Below, piece after piece: positions 1 to 10,900 of a stretch of DNA of 33,905 bases. A model generated the notes under the pieces. It saw nothing but the letters and a program-made list of their open reading frames with translations. It had not been told where the DNA came from and searched no databases. The DNA is taken from IMG/VR virus record IMGVR_UViG_3300036546_000144, positions 1-33,905 of that record, one strand, 5' to 3'. Position numbers and translations under genes: made by a program. The number at the start of each line of letters is the position of its first letter. Positions within the stretch are counted from its first letter, which is position 1. The stretch comes from a virus. Its lineage: Duplodnaviria > Caudoviricetes.

Positions 1-465
1 CACTTTCTCCAGAACCCAACGCGCGCGATACCCATCAACAGAAACAGCCACCTGTACTTTCTGACCATTCTGATCATAGTAGTAGGTGTTATCCGGGTTA
101 CGCTGATACTGGAAGATCAGGTCGGGCACGATATCCAGACACAGTCGTAATGTGGCGGCGTCACCAGCGTCCTCAGGGATAAGGCGCTGAACCATCATGC
201 TGTTAGCTTTACCATTAATCGTAGTGATGAACGGTGTTTGGTGTGTAGCAAAGCGCGAACGCTCGTCAAATGTTTTACGGCCGTAAGTTTCCACCAATGC
301 ATCACCCGAAACCAGCTGGGGTGAGAGTGGACCGCGTTCTGCAAACGTAAACACGTGGGGAAGGTGAGTTGGGATCATCTCCGGCTCAATCACCGGGGGA
401 CGACCACTCTCATCCTTAATACCACGTAAGATCGCTTGCGGAGCGGCGTTCTTAAAGTTGACCAT
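1..465 (-). CDS. Tail sheath protein, N-terminal part (phiKZ gp29-like); runs off the window edge
   Basis: Not in the ORF track; translated by hand from ATG at 465 with an AGGAG RBS: MVNFKNAAPQAILRGIKDESGRPPVIEPEMIPTHLPHVFTFAERGP...YGRKTFDERSRFATHQT...VQRLIPEDA. Resembles phiKZ-family sheath N-termini and is divergent from the gp28-gp25-like operon. Confidence 0.85.
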   Translation of the reverse strand, partial: MVNFKNAAPQAILRGIKDESGRPPVIEPEMIPTHLPHVFTFAERGPLSPQLVSGDALVETYGRKTFDERSRFATHQTPFITTINGKANSMMVQRLIPEDAGDAATLRLCLDIVPDLIFQYQRNPDNTYYYDQNGQKVQVAVSVDGYRARWVLEKV

Positions 466-723
466 ACTAAGAGCTCCTATGATCGATCGATCGAATTTTA
501 ACGTTAAAAAATCAGCCCTTCACGATACCGAAACGTACACTCTAAAATAACCGTCTTCTAAAGTCCATGGCACCTAAAAGACACGAGTGAAGGAATGATA
601 TAGCGACGACTAAACGGATGCACGACATCATACTATTAGATGATTGTCCTTAATTCAGTTTTGTCTATTCCTTTTTTACGTGTTACAAAACCGGTCTTGG
701 ACTATACGATAGGAAACTTTACC

Positions 724-1632
724 ATGTACATTTCTCCTTATGAAACCTTAGCGTGCCGCTCTTACAACCTCGAACCTATTAAAAAAGGGATCAATTTGGC
801 GAATGTCGAGGACGGTTTAACCTTCGCTACCTTAGGTAAAGAAACCGTAAACGGTGTGTTAATACTTCGCCCATCCGATAAAGAAACCCCGCTTTTTGCG
901 CACCCTGTTCTTTGGAACAATGGGCACGGTAATTTTGTAGTGGTCGATGCCCGTGGTTTGGTGCGGGAAAATGCTCAAGGTGAATATCAGGTTACTCAGA
1001 AAACAGATTACACCTTCCAGGTGGGTCGTGCTGGTCTCATTCTACACGCTAAAGAAATGGGGATGGATGACATCCAGAACTTGGGCGACATAGCTGCCAC
1101 CACGTTCTGTCGATACATTGCTGAAAACATTACCCGTCGTTTGGGATTGAGTCCTGAAGAGCAGGCCATCATTACCATGGTCTCGTGTATTTATTATTAC
1201 TGTCTGTTTAAAGAGACTAGTGAACTGACCAGTCGTGATTTTGATAAGATGGTTCAAAAGACCAGTCGGGTTACGCGTTTGGGTGCAAACTGGATTTATG
1301 ATCGAATGCCTGAACCAGTCTTTATGGCGAACTTGGATGAGTTCACCCGAGTCCTTAAAGAGAAGTTGGATTCTCCGCGCACCAAAGACTTGTCTCCGGC
1401 GGTATTGATTTCGTTCTTAGGGGGAGGATGGTTTGGCGCTAACGGTCGCGAAAATATGGCGGTGGCACTTGAGCACCCACCAACGTTCGTAACTATGGTG
1501 TACATTGCACTGACTGACCGTAGCTATCGCAATGCGGGTGTATCTAAAGCAGTTTTGCTGAACGATCGTAACGGTGCAGGGAAACAGTTTGTCGTCAATT
1601 ACGAGCGCCTCCTCACTAACATAGGTGGTTAA
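724..1632 (+). CDS. Virion structural protein (phiKZ gp28-like)
   Basis: Long ORF; likely start is ATG 724 after an AGGAA RBS (track start 640). First gene of the operon ending in terminase. Assignment mainly by synteny. Confidence 0.65.
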   Translation: MYISPYETLACRSYNLEPIKKGINLANVEDGLTFATLGKETVNGVLILRPSDKETPLFAHPVLWNNGHGNFVVVDARGLVRENAQGEYQVTQKTDYTFQVGRAGLILHAKEMGMDDIQNLGDIAATTFCRYIAENITRRLGLSPEEQAIITMVSCIYYYCLFKETSELTSRDFDKMVQKTSRVTRLGANWIYDRMPEPVFMANLDEFTRVLKEKLDSPRTKDLSPAVLISFLGGGWFGANGRENMAVALEHPPTFVTMVYIALTDRSYRNAGVSKAVLLNDRNGAGKQFVVNYERLLTNIGG

Positions 1633-1633
1633 C

Positions 1634-4192
1634 ATGTTTGAATACCTGGTAAATCATGCACACAACAACGTGTGGTGTACCCCTGACCAGGACTATCAAT
1701 TTATCTTTAAACCGGCCCGTATCACCGGATCACGTGGTGTACTGAACCAAGTTAAGGTGGAGTGGCAAACGTATCGCCTCCCCACACTTAAGGAAGTGTA
1801 TCACGTGTATCAAATCGGTCAGGTACATCCCAGACTGTTGGGTATCTTAACTGATGACGATACGTGGCACTGTTTCAGTGAGTTGAGTGATGTTGATAAC
1901 CTGGTAGTCGATCTCTACACGAAGGCTGGTATTGAACTCCCCCGTGGGGAATGTTTCTTTATGCGGACACGGAATCGAAACATTGTGTTGGCATTGAAAC
2001 ACATTCCACGTGTGGTGGATCAAGTAAATAACCCTGTGTTTGTAAGGTTCTATTCCAATGCTTATTTTAGTAGTGATCGCAGTGACCCTGTTCACGACAC
2101 GGTGCATGTACAATCGTTTGTAATGGACCGCGTGGACAATTACCTTCTATTCCAAAGGGATTATCATGATCACCAAAAACTGAAAGGACATACGTACCTG
2201 ATTTATAACGGACTTTACGTACACGACAGGTTACCCACTGAAGTGGCGGTAGGTGATCGGCTTGAGTTTGTTTACGACAGTACTATTACTCAGGTAATCG
2301 ATTTACCTATAAATACACTGGAAACGTTTGTCAGTGAGTTGGATGGTAAACGAAAATACTTAGTCCACGTACCTAAACGCGTGGATGACCGGATTGAATA
2401 CCGCGATGACATCGATTTCTGGTTACTGGATAAAAACGGGGAAAAGTTTAAAGGGGTTTATTATCACAAGAATCAGGAAGATTCCGTGCGGATGGTTACC
2501 CATAAGGACTATTCATTACCGGTACCTTACTTGGTTGGGTACGTCACCGATAACGAAATCCTCACCGATATCCGGAACTGTACCCTTCGCCTGCATATAC
2601 GTGAATCCGGTTACGATAGACCGTTGGTGTTTGAACACAATCGAATTCATGAGCTCTACAAACTTGACGATGTTGATATTGTTCGGGCTATGTTGGGGAT
2701 CGATTCAACTGTCAGTGTTTGGCGTGCCGAAGAATTGGAAAAATCGGCTTATACTGAGATCATGCGGGCTAACGGGCGCAGCGTTACACCTGATCTGGTT
2801 CAAGCGGCATATGGTTATAACGCGATTACGTCTCTGGTGGCAAATACGCCACAGAAAACCGTACACGGTGGCGGGCGCTGGACGACTGAACTACCGTACA
2901 TGTTATCCCACCAAGCCACCGTCTTTGAATATAACCAGAGTGGACACTTAACTGGGTTTTATCAACACACCGATAACTCGGTATACGTTACGCGGGACCT
3001 TGGAACTCGCAGTGTTGAAGCACTGTCAGGGGTAGGTGGTATTCGCTTGACCACACGGTACAATGAAGAGGAAAGTGTACTTGATCCTCGTTACAATCAC
3101 CGGTTCTATAAAAGTCCGTTAATCCAAGACGCACCAACCAATCAATGGTCTACTGCAGAAGAAGGGGTGGACTATACGGTTGTAGACGGTAAAGTCACCT
3201 GGAGTGTCGATCGTAACCAGGTCTACACGGCTGTTCGCGATGACTCACACTTCTTGACTTACACGTACGAAATGGAACCTGAGGACGGGTTACTGCGTTT
3301 TAGTGTGGTGGCTGAAGAGAAACGGTCGGATGGTAACTGGTATCAACAGGTCTGTCATTTGCCGTTAGGGAAACTGGAACTATGGTTGAATGGGCGGCCC
3401 CTTATTGAACACCTGGACTATTTCGTTCAGTGGCCTGAAGTGATCATCACCAATAAAATGTATTGGGTAGAGGGACCACAACAGATCACGGTTCGGTGTA
3501 CGGGGTTCTGTAACGACGACATGTCGCTAACACCGGTGGCCGAATTTGGTTTTGTGGAACACGGTCTTCTGAGTCGTAACCGCAGGTATGACATTCGTGA
3601 CGACAAAGTCATGCGGGTCATTGCTGGGGGAACGCTGCAGCATAAACAGGATTTGGGTTTTGCTGAGAACCATTCGGGGGTTTACCTCGAGGGTTTGGCT
3701 AACGGGACACCGTACGTCATTGATGATGTCATTGTGCCGGTCAAAGGTGTGGATGGTGAGGACACGTACAGTCTTAAATCTAAAGCGTTGTTAATTGATG
3801 CGGAGATTTCAGACTACCTTACACACAAGTTACCTGAACCTGAAATTCCAGAGATCAGTCCGATCACCGAGCGGTATATGGTCTACAGTCCGTTCTGTTC
3901 TAAGATCATGTATGACTTCATCAATGGTGTCTTTTACCCTGAGGAGATCAAGGGACAGTACAGCGAAATTGACATTCGGAACTGGTGTAAGGGATACGAG
4001 TGGTTATTGGCGTACGACCCCACGCAACACCCGATTGATGATCGGTATGTGGCAATACATCCCCATAACCTCTTCAATGTGGTTGAGTTAGATATTTATC
4101 AGTACATGTTCTTAGAGCGTGTAATCAGTTTTTATTTAGACGATAAAGTTGACTTGAGTAGCTTTATCGCTGTCAAAGAAGGGTGGTTATAA
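1634..4192 (+). CDS. Large virion structural/baseplate protein (phiKZ gp27-like)
   Basis: ~852 aa ORF starting 1 nt after the previous stop; N-terminal NVWCTPDQDYQ motif; synteny with sheath and terminase. Confidence 0.7.
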   Translation: MFEYLVNHAHNNVWCTPDQDYQFIFKPARITGSRGVLNQVKVEWQTYRLPTLKEVYHVYQIGQVHPRLLGILTDDDTWHCFSELSDVDNLVVDLYTKAGIELPRGECFFMRTRNRNIVLALKHIPRVVDQVNNPVFVRFYSNAYFSSDRSDPVHDTVHVQSFVMDRVDNYLLFQRDYHDHQKLKGHTYLIYNGLYVHDRLPTEVAVGDRLEFVYDSTITQVIDLPINTLETFVSELDGKRKYLVHVPKRVDDRIEYRDDIDFWLLDKNGEKFKGVYYHKNQEDSVRMVTHKDYSLPVPYLVGYVTDNEILTDIRNCTLRLHIRESGYDRPLVFEHNRIHELYKLDDVDIVRAMLGIDSTVSVWRAEELEKSAYTEIMRANGRSVTPDLVQAAYGYNAITSLVANTPQKTVHGGGRWTTELPYMLSHQATVFEYNQSGHLTGFYQHTDNSVYVTRDLGTRSVEALSGVGGIRLTTRYNEEESVLDPRYNHRFYKSPLIQDAPTNQWSTAEEGVDYTVVDGKVTWSVDRNQVYTAVRDDSHFLTYTYEMEPEDGLLRFSVVAEEKRSDGNWYQQVCHLPLGKLELWLNGRPLIEHLDYFVQWPEVIITNKMYWVEGPQQITVRCTGFCNDDMSLTPVAEFGFVEHGLLSRNRRYDIRDDKVMRVIAGGTLQHKQDLGFAENHSGVYLEGLANGTPYVIDDVIVPVKGVDGEDTYSLKSKALLIDAEISDYLTHKLPEPEIPEISPITERYMVYSPFCSKIMYDFINGVFYPEEIKGQYSEIDIRNWCKGYEWLLAYDPTQHPIDDRYVAIHPHNLFNVVELDIYQYMFLERVISFYLDDKVDLSSFIAVKEGWL

Positions 4193-4194
4193 CG

Positions 4195-5889
4195 ATGTCA
4201 ACAAACGACACACCTATCGTACCCATCATTGACCCGAACCGAAGTCACCGACGGTGGCGGATGGAAGAGATCTACACAGGTCCCACAGGGTCAGGTCGGT
4301 ACGTACCGAATTTGGACGATGAAGTTTTTTCTTGGGGTACAGGGCTGTGGCGAGTAATAGGCGTTGATTACTCAACAGGTCTTTCAGAGCTGCAGATATA
4401 TATTCCGCCTAAGGAAGCTGATTCGATTGACCACACGGATGTCCTGTTGGGGACCGGACCGGGGTATCAGAGTGAGACCTTCCGTGCGTACCTCGACACG
4501 TCAGTGATGCCTCATGTTCTTGCTGTAGACTCTCGGTTGCGGTTTTATGGAACCACTAACAGCTTTGTTAAAATCTTCCTGGGGACTGACATTAGTGATC
4601 AGGGGACTGTGGTCTCGGCTATGTACGACCAAGGCGGTACTTTGCTAGGGGACAACATCCCACTAGAGTTGGTGGCGATGCCCAATGACCCCGTGAATGA
4701 TAACCCGGGTATGAATAACTACGCCGTCAAGACACCTATGGTGGGTTACACCACTGTTAAAATGTCTGACAACGAAGTGGTTACCGTAGTGGCGTATGAC
4801 GATGCTGGTCACGTCACGTCCATTGCGAAACTCTTGGTTAAGAACACTGCGTTTATCCGCACCAGTGACCAATCCAAGAAGTATGTAGCGTCTATCCACC
4901 TTGAATCGCCGTTTATGTCCAACAGTGACGATACCTTGTTGGAATACCCCATCAACCTACCGGTTGAAGCCATGGAGCTTCGAGGGGTAGTTACGTACAG
5001 TGATGGTAGTCGGCTGGTGCTCCCTGTGGATGGGACGAAGTTTGCGCTCCACGGCATTAGTAATTTTGTGTCTACCATTGTGGGTCAGCAGATACCGCTG
5101 GTATTGACGTACTACCTCTCTGAAGAGGAATACGTATACGGTGCCTCCACTGGGGTAACCAAGCACATTTCGATTCCGTATTCAGCAACCACTACAAACG
5201 TGGATGGCAGTTACAGTGTGAAACTCTTTGCTGCACCGGTTTGGGTAAATGCGATTGAAGGGTATCGTTTACGCTGGTTCATGTATAACCTCGATCGTGA
5301 AGAGGTTTACGAAGTCACTCAACACGTTCAATTGGCAGCAAACTCTCGCAGTTTCAACCCGATTGAATATGGAACGATGCAACAGCTTTCTGTTGCCGTT
5401 GACATGAACAAAGTGAATTCGAAATACACCAGCTATCGACACACTCAGACGGTTTCCATTGCCCTACTGAATCAAGGTAGTCTGGACCAGGAGAATTGGA
5501 ACATCAATTACACACCTGGTCAGGAAGTACCTTACGGGGATAACTTCCGTGCTAACCTACGGTTTGTGAATACAAACTATTGGGTCCTGAACCTGAATAG
5601 TGGTTTCACCTCGAAAGAGACCTGGCTTGAGAATGTGTACTACAATGCACAGCCTCTGGTACATCCTGACTTCGAAAACCGTGCACCTGAACCTAATTAC
5701 TTCACCATTGTAATTGGTAACCAACGTATTGAATGTCCGATTGAACAATGGAATTCGGATATTGTAACGCAGGTGGGTGTGAATGATGGGGACGTTGTGT
5801 TGATTGAGTTCTTCAAGCGTAATGCTGCGACCGACCTTCAGTTGGGTATCGGTGTTCTCCCTGTTCATCAGGAAATGCCTTCAGGTTAA
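4195..5889 (+). CDS. Virion structural protein (phiKZ gp26-like)
   Basis: ~564 aa beta-rich ORF (WRMEEIYTGPTGSGRYVPNLDD) immediately upstream of terminase. Confidence 0.7.
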   Translation: MSTNDTPIVPIIDPNRSHRRWRMEEIYTGPTGSGRYVPNLDDEVFSWGTGLWRVIGVDYSTGLSELQIYIPPKEADSIDHTDVLLGTGPGYQSETFRAYLDTSVMPHVLAVDSRLRFYGTTNSFVKIFLGTDISDQGTVVSAMYDQGGTLLGDNIPLELVAMPNDPVNDNPGMNNYAVKTPMVGYTTVKMSDNEVVTVVAYDDAGHVTSIAKLLVKNTAFIRTSDQSKKYVASIHLESPFMSNSDDTLLEYPINLPVEAMELRGVVTYSDGSRLVLPVDGTKFALHGISNFVSTIVGQQIPLVLTYYLSEEEYVYGASTGVTKHISIPYSATTTNVDGSYSVKLFAAPVWVNAIEGYRLRWFMYNLDREEVYEVTQHVQLAANSRSFNPIEYGTMQQLSVAVDMNKVNSKYTSYRHTQTVSIALLNQGSLDQENWNINYTPGQEVPYGDNFRANLRFVNTNYWVLNLNSGFTSKETWLENVYYNAQPLVHPDFENRAPEPNYFTIVIGNQRIECPIEQWNSDIVTQVGVNDGDVVLIEFFKRNAATDLQLGIGVLPVHQEMPSG

Positions 5890-5968
5890 AACATATACAT
5901 TAAAATTGGGGAAGGCTGGCACCTGTAAGGGTGCTGGCCACCCTAACCCACTGTATGGATTTCTCCGT

Positions 5969-8125
5969 ATGACTATACTTTTCCATGAAGACTGGAAGCG
6001 TTACCCGAACGCCATAGTCGACTACGAAACCAAAAACGAATCGTTTAAGCGGGTCGTCAGTCTGTTCTCTGAGATGGGAGTGGAAAACTGCCTGTTCCCG
6101 TTGACACTGATGCAACCGGAGTTACAAGGACTAGATCCGTTTGATGAGAACTTGACAGAAACCCAAAAGACTCTAATCGGTATTGAGTGTAAATACAACC
6201 CGTGGTACTTCTTACGGGAAGTAGTTCGTATACCTCCTGTGGCAGGACCACACCCGGTGTCCTATCGGGCGAACCGTGGTAACATTGCATTGACGTGGGC
6301 GTTCCTGTCTAATATTGACATAGCGTTGATACAGCCTCGACAGACCGGTAAGTCAGTTTCTACAGACTGTTTGATGGTGTGGTTGGTTCAGATCGCCTTG
6401 GATAACACCATGGTGAATATGATCACAAAGGACCACACACTGCGTACAGCAAACATTGAGCGTTTGAAGAAGATACGGGATTACTTACCTCCCTACTTAC
6501 GTTATGTTCGTAAAGACGATTCAGATAACCAGCACGAACTCACCTGTAACGCGTTAGGTAACATTTACCGTACAGGGGTGGCCCAGAACTCCGAGTCAAC
6601 AGCTAACAACCTGGGTCGCGGTTTGACCAGTCCAGTGGCACACATCGATGAGGGTCCCTTCATCAAGTTCATTGACATCACTCTACCTGCTGCTCTGGCG
6701 GCTGGCACAGCAGCCCGTGAAGAGGCGATGCGCAATGGTCGCCCGTATGGAAACATCTTCACTACAACCGCTGGTAAGAAAGATGACCGTTCTGGTAAGT
6801 TCATGTACAACTGGATTACGGGAGGCGCCTGTTGGAATGAAGCCTTTTACGATGCTAAGAACGTTAAAGATTTGGAAGACTTGGTAGCCCGTAACTGCAG
6901 TGGTCGTAAAACCATTATCAACGCCACCTTTTCGCACCGTCAGTTAGGCTATACTGATGAATGGTTATATAAAACCATCGCTACAGTAGGTGCGACCGGC
7001 GAAGCAGCAGACCGTGACTTCTTCAACGTGTGGACTAGTGGTACTCAGAGTTCGCCCTTGAGTACCAAGTTGAACGAAATCATCCGTGAGAGTGAAATTG
7101 AGATCAAGCACAATGAAATCAGTCGTGACAATTACATTGTGCGCTGGTTCTTGGAAGAGGATGAGATAGCCCAGTACATGGATGAGGGTTATTTTGCCTT
7201 AGGACTGGATACCAGTGAAGCGATCGGGCGGGACAGCATTGGTGGGGTGCTGATAGACTTACGGGACTTATCCACGGTAGGTGCATTCACTGTGAATGAA
7301 ACTAACCTGATCCGTTTCTCCAAGTTCTTGGCAGAATTCTTGATCAAGTATCCTAAGGTTACACTGGTCCCTGAACGTAAGTCTACTGGACAAATGATTG
7401 TCGATAACTTGTTGCTGATTTTACCGCGTTATGACATTGACCCTTTTAAACGGATCTATAACGTCATCGTGGATCGCTCAACTGAGTTCAAGGAGGAGTA
7501 TAAGCTAATCAGTCAACCCATGTCGACACGTTCGCGTGAGTTCTATGACAAACTCAAGAAACACTTTGGTTTCACTACAACTGGGGGGAGTCGTAATACG
7601 TTATACTCCACTGTATTGCAGAACGCGGCTAAGAATGCGGGGCATCTGGTGCGAGATAAAACCTTGTCGATGGAAATTCGTGGGTTAGTGGTTAAGAATG
7701 GTCGCATAGACCATGAGGCCAGTGGTCATGACGATATGGTAATTGCTTGGTTGTTAGGGAACTGGTTTGTGACTTTGTCTAAGAACCTTCAACACTACGG
7801 TATTGATCCTTCCCGTATTCTGACAGCGGTTTCAGCGAAGAGTAAAGAGTTGACCGACATTGAAATCCTTGAAAAGGAGATGTCGAATCGTGTTAAAGAA
7901 GAAATAGAAGAAGTCTTTGACGCATTGGTGAATGAAACGTCTAACATTGTTATCCTTCAGTTAGAGAATCGGTTACGCACACTAACCGAACGTTTACCAG
8001 AAGAGGACAGCGAAGCAATGTCTTTGGAAGACTTAATTCATAAAGCCAGTGAAGAACGCTTGTCTAAAGGGATGCGTTCTACACGACATACTGAACAAGG
8101 TATCCGTCGCATCAGTATGTGGTGA
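5969..8125 (+). CDS. terL: Terminase large subunit (phiKZ gp25-like)
   Basis: Walker A QPRQTGKS, Walker B AHIDEGP, coupling motif TTTAG, RNase H-like nuclease GLDTSEAIGRD and HDDMVIA. Likely start ATG 5969 (MTILFHEDW). Confidence 0.93.
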   Translation: MTILFHEDWKRYPNAIVDYETKNESFKRVVSLFSEMGVENCLFPLTLMQPELQGLDPFDENLTETQKTLIGIECKYNPWYFLREVVRIPPVAGPHPVSYRANRGNIALTWAFLSNIDIALIQPRQTGKSVSTDCLMVWLVQIALDNTMVNMITKDHTLRTANIERLKKIRDYLPPYLRYVRKDDSDNQHELTCNALGNIYRTGVAQNSESTANNLGRGLTSPVAHIDEGPFIKFIDITLPAALAAGTAAREEAMRNGRPYGNIFTTTAGKKDDRSGKFMYNWITGGACWNEAFYDAKNVKDLEDLVARNCSGRKTIINATFSHRQLGYTDEWLYKTIATVGATGEAADRDFFNVWTSGTQSSPLSTKLNEIIRESEIEIKHNEISRDNYIVRWFLEEDEIAQYMDEGYFALGLDTSEAIGRDSIGGVLIDLRDLSTVGAFTVNETNLIRFSKFLAEFLIKYPKVTLVPERKSTGQMIVDNLLLILPRYDIDPFKRIYNVIVDRSTEFKEEYKLISQPMSTRSREFYDKLKKHFGFTTTGGSRNTLYSTVLQNAAKNAGHLVRDKTLSMEIRGLVVKNGRIDHEASGHDDMVIAWLLGNWFVTLSKNLQHYGIDPSRILTAVSAKSKELTDIEILEKEMSNRVKEEIEEVFDALVNETSNIVILQLENRLRTLTERLPEEDSEAMSLEDLIHKASEERLSKGMRSTRHTEQGIRRISMW

Positions 8126-8141
8126 ATAAACGACATAGTAA

Positions 8142-8169
8142 AGAGTCCTCCCGTGGGAGGACTCTATTT
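8142..8169. terminator. Hairpin between convergent genes, probable bidirectional terminator
   Basis: AGAGTCCTCCC-GT-GGGAGGACTCT inverted repeat between the terL stop and the convergent paralog gene; near-identical copy at 31335. Confidence 0.75.
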
Positions 8170-8175
8170 ATAACG

Positions 8176-8880
8176 TCACGCGACCTTCTCTAGAACTGGA
8201 CGCCAACCATAAAGACGGTTTACATCGCTTTTTCTATAAACCCGGTAGTGAGAATAACCTTGTCGACCACGATTCACGGCGTTACCACCATCAGATTCCC
8301 GACACCACGTTATACCCCCATCCACCGATGACCCGCCATTACTGATCATACCGAGATCGACATTCGTGAATGGGACAAATGTGATGTGTGGTTCTTCAGA
8401 GGCTGTGGTATTTCCGGACTGTGTAAGACTTCTATCCACTAAACGGTATATAATCCGATTCCACTCACTACCGTGTGTGATTGGGAGGTCGTAACCCATT
8501 TGAGTGGTGGGCCTCAGCCCTGGTGCGACTCCACCTAACAAACGGACCTTAAACGTGTCATTGTTTATAACGATGGTTTGGTCACCATTAATTAGACCAA
8601 TATTGGCCAATTGATCCCATGTTACGGAATGTAGAAATGGTTTCTTAGCCACATAAAGTTCGATTCCATCGAGTCCCACGTTCAACCATCCCGAATCTTG
8701 GTTGATTGGTGACCCGACTGCTAAACCCAAAACGGAAGCTAAGGCGTCGCCAGTGATGAACTCTTCAGCTGAAACCTCTCCGTACCAATCGACACCACCG
8801 TCCGAAACAATGGGTCGTTTACCCCCCTTTTTTTTTCCTTTCCCTCCGGCTGTCCCGGAGAGTAACATTCTCTCAAACAT
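8176..8880 (-). CDS. MFERMLLSG paralog family copy 1; putative virion/tail-associated protein with a CLec-like C-terminal domain
   Basis: Shares MFERMLLSGTAGGKGK, DGGVDWYGEV, HGSEWNRI and GWRPVLE with 22155-22874 and 30617-31321. Function is inferred. Confidence 0.7.
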   Translation of the reverse strand: MFERMLLSGTAGGKGKKKGGKRPIVSDGGVDWYGEVSAEEFITGDALASVLGLAVGSPINQDSGWLNVGLDGIELYVAKKPFLHSVTWDQLANIGLINGDQTIVINNDTFKVRLLGGVAPGLRPTTQMGYDLPITHGSEWNRIIYRLVDRSLTQSGNTTASEEPHITFVPFTNVDLGMISNGGSSVDGGITWCRESDGGNAVNRGRQGYSHYRVYRKSDVNRLYGWRPVLEKVA

Positions 8881-9199
8881 TTTTAATTACCTTTTCGTTA
8901 TAAAGATTAACGGCTTTGGTTAACATTATCTCGCGTGCCCACTCTTCGTGTTCCGCCTGAATATACTCAACTACCTTGTATCCAACATTGGATTTGTCGA
9001 TTAACACCGCAACAAATACCCAATAGGGTTTAATCAACACTTTAAAATCGTCACCTACAATCCGATTAAACATTAACGTAACCGGACGATATGACATTTT
9101 CACCTGAGACAACCCCGGGCACTCTTCCTCTAACCCATGGACAGTATGGTCTCTCACTTCGCCAGCATAACACACAGTACCTTCTTCGACATTCGGCAT
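8873..9199 (-). CDS. Hypothetical protein
   Basis: 108 aa ORF with an AGGAGG RBS; its stop overlaps the start of the next gene. Confidence 0.75.
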   Translation of the reverse strand: MPNVEEGTVCYAGEVRDHTVHGLEEECPGLSQVKMSYRPVTLMFNRIVGDDFKVLIKPYWVFVAVLIDKSNVGYKVVEYIQAEHEEWAREIMLTKAVNLYNEKVIKNV

Positions 9200-9230
9200 G
9201 ATAAAAACCTCCTGTACAATTAGAATGGTT

Positions 9231-10463
9231 TTAGCTATAGTAGTTCATTGAGAATGCACGCAAAACGATGTATAGCTCCAACCCTGTCCGTAGGCTGGAT
9301 AGTACCGCTTTGTTCTTACTGTTCACTGCTTTACCCACAATGGAGTCAGCTAGCTCTTTGGCGCGAACCAGTGCCGGGTCAGACATTCGTGAGGCCATGT
9401 ACAGACTCCTTAGTCTAGACACTAAGCTGGTCAAGTCAACATTCCCACGGATTAGGTTGCGGTTCTTAAATAAGAAGTCAAAGGCATGTAACATTAATTC
9501 GTCAATTAATTCAGCAATCTCACCCCCACCTTTTTGACCATAATTGATAGAGCAATACCGTAACGTATCCAGGAATAATTTTTCTGGCATGGTGTGCATG
9601 GCATCTTGGACCACTTTCACCACTTCGCCTCGGATAAAGGTGTTAACATCTTGGATAGTGGAATGGATATACCGCTTGTAAATAGTGATGCCGTTCTTAC
9701 GGTCTTTCAGTATCACTTCACCGTCTAACTCAATCGTGCTGCTGGTGGAAACAATGCGACCTTTGTTGTTATTGATGTGGATAAGGATGGACATCATCTT
9801 CTTAACCACTTCTTTAATACGTCCTTGTATGTCGGTGATCACGTAGAAGATGGCTTCGTCATCGTCAAACTTTTGGAAGGTTTTGTAATGGATGCCGCTA
9901 GGGCTCACTATTTCCTCGCTACGGGCGAATAAGAACGCCCCCCAACTTCCGTACTGCTTTAGCCCAAACTTTCGACTGAGGCTCTCGTAGACGGCCTGAG
10001 CGACCTCTGGGTCAGTGGGGTACTTGATATAATGCGCAAACACACTAGTTAAGAACTTTACCTGCAGCATGAAGATGACGTCCACCATCGCTTTGTGGGC
10101 GTCGCGACTACTTAATGACTTCGTATTCATCAATTTATGCACTAACCAGACACTGCTCAAGTTTACCACGTCACTGGTGCGCTTAAATTCTTCATTGATT
10201 ATTTCTAAGTCATACAATGCATCCGTCAGGGAGGTGTCGTCTATATCTAAGACTTCTCCAAACCAGGCTTCTCGATCGCTGGGTAAATACCGTACCGTGT
10301 AGACCCCTAGCAGGTTACTACCAAAGAAGTTAACATGGTCTTCGTTTTTGTTAATGAATTGGTTGACGTAACGGTTAAGTCGTTTAACCAACTTAGAGTC
10401 TATCGACACATTCGAACACTCGTCTTCAAAAACACCTTTTATTGTGCCGGACATTATCGCCAC
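9231..10463 (-). CDS. Conserved phiKZ-family core protein (probably gp32-like)
   Basis: 410 aa helical ORF (FFGSNLLGV, LSRKFGLKQYGSW). Family assignment from recall and position. Confidence 0.6.
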   Translation of the reverse strand: MAIMSGTIKGVFEDECSNVSIDSKLVKRLNRYVNQFINKNEDHVNFFGSNLLGVYTVRYLPSDREAWFGEVLDIDDTSLTDALYDLEIINEEFKRTSDVVNLSSVWLVHKLMNTKSLSSRDAHKAMVDVIFMLQVKFLTSVFAHYIKYPTDPEVAQAVYESLSRKFGLKQYGSWGAFLFARSEEIVSPSGIHYKTFQKFDDDEAIFYVITDIQGRIKEVVKKMMSILIHINNNKGRIVSTSSTIELDGEVILKDRKNGITIYKRYIHSTIQDVNTFIRGEVVKVVQDAMHTMPEKLFLDTLRYCSINYGQKGGGEIAELIDELMLHAFDFLFKNRNLIRGNVDLTSLVSRLRSLYMASRMSDPALVRAKELADSIVGKAVNSKNKAVLSSLRTGLELYIVLRAFSMNYYS

Positions 10464-10559
10464 CTTTTAAAATTGAAAAAAAAACTTTATCACTCACAAA
10501 ATAGCGCTATACTTTGAATGTCTTCGACGTATTCCCTATACAGAAAAGGAAGCCCCATT

Positions 10560-10844
10560 ATGTTTAAGGTACTGTTTAGTCATTTCGACACCGTCCCTGC
10601 TAAAGTAACAGTCGATAAAGAATCAGAACGCACTCACATTGAGCTGCGTATTTACAATAGCGAACCCTTGATTCTGATGAAAGACCTCCCACCCGCCATT
10701 CAGGCTGCTGCCGACTGGTGTATTGAATGCTTCATTGATGGTCGCTTCTGGACCATTGAAGGGGGTCACGGTGAAGTGACTAACCTAACCTACGAAGGGT
10801 TTCCTGGTATTGATATCCGTACCAAAATATTTGGTCGCGCTTAA
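10560..10844 (+). CDS. Hypothetical protein
   Basis: ATG 10560 after AAGGAA; followed by a terminator hairpin at 10866. Confidence 0.7.
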   Translation: MFKVLFSHFDTVPAKVTVDKESERTHIELRIYNSEPLILMKDLPPAIQAAADWCIECFIDGRFWTIEGGHGEVTNLTYEGFPGIDIRTKIFGRA

Positions 10845-10865
10845 CGCTTGTTGTTGTGCGTTTTT

Positions 10866-10892
10866 GGGGAGGCATTGCACTCCCCTTTTTTT
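10866..10892 (+). terminator. Intrinsic terminator
   Basis: GGGGAG...CTCCCC stem followed by T7. Confidence 0.75.
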
Positions 10893-10900
10893 ATGCCCTT

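Noticed and set aside
481-494. Tandem GATCGATCGATC upstream of the sheath gene as a Dam-regulated switch
   Set aside because: Single short occurrence with no supporting context.
5804-5968. N-terminal extension of terminase given by the ORF track
   Set aside because: It overlaps the upstream gene and an intergenic hairpin-like segment; ATG 5969 gives a more typical start.
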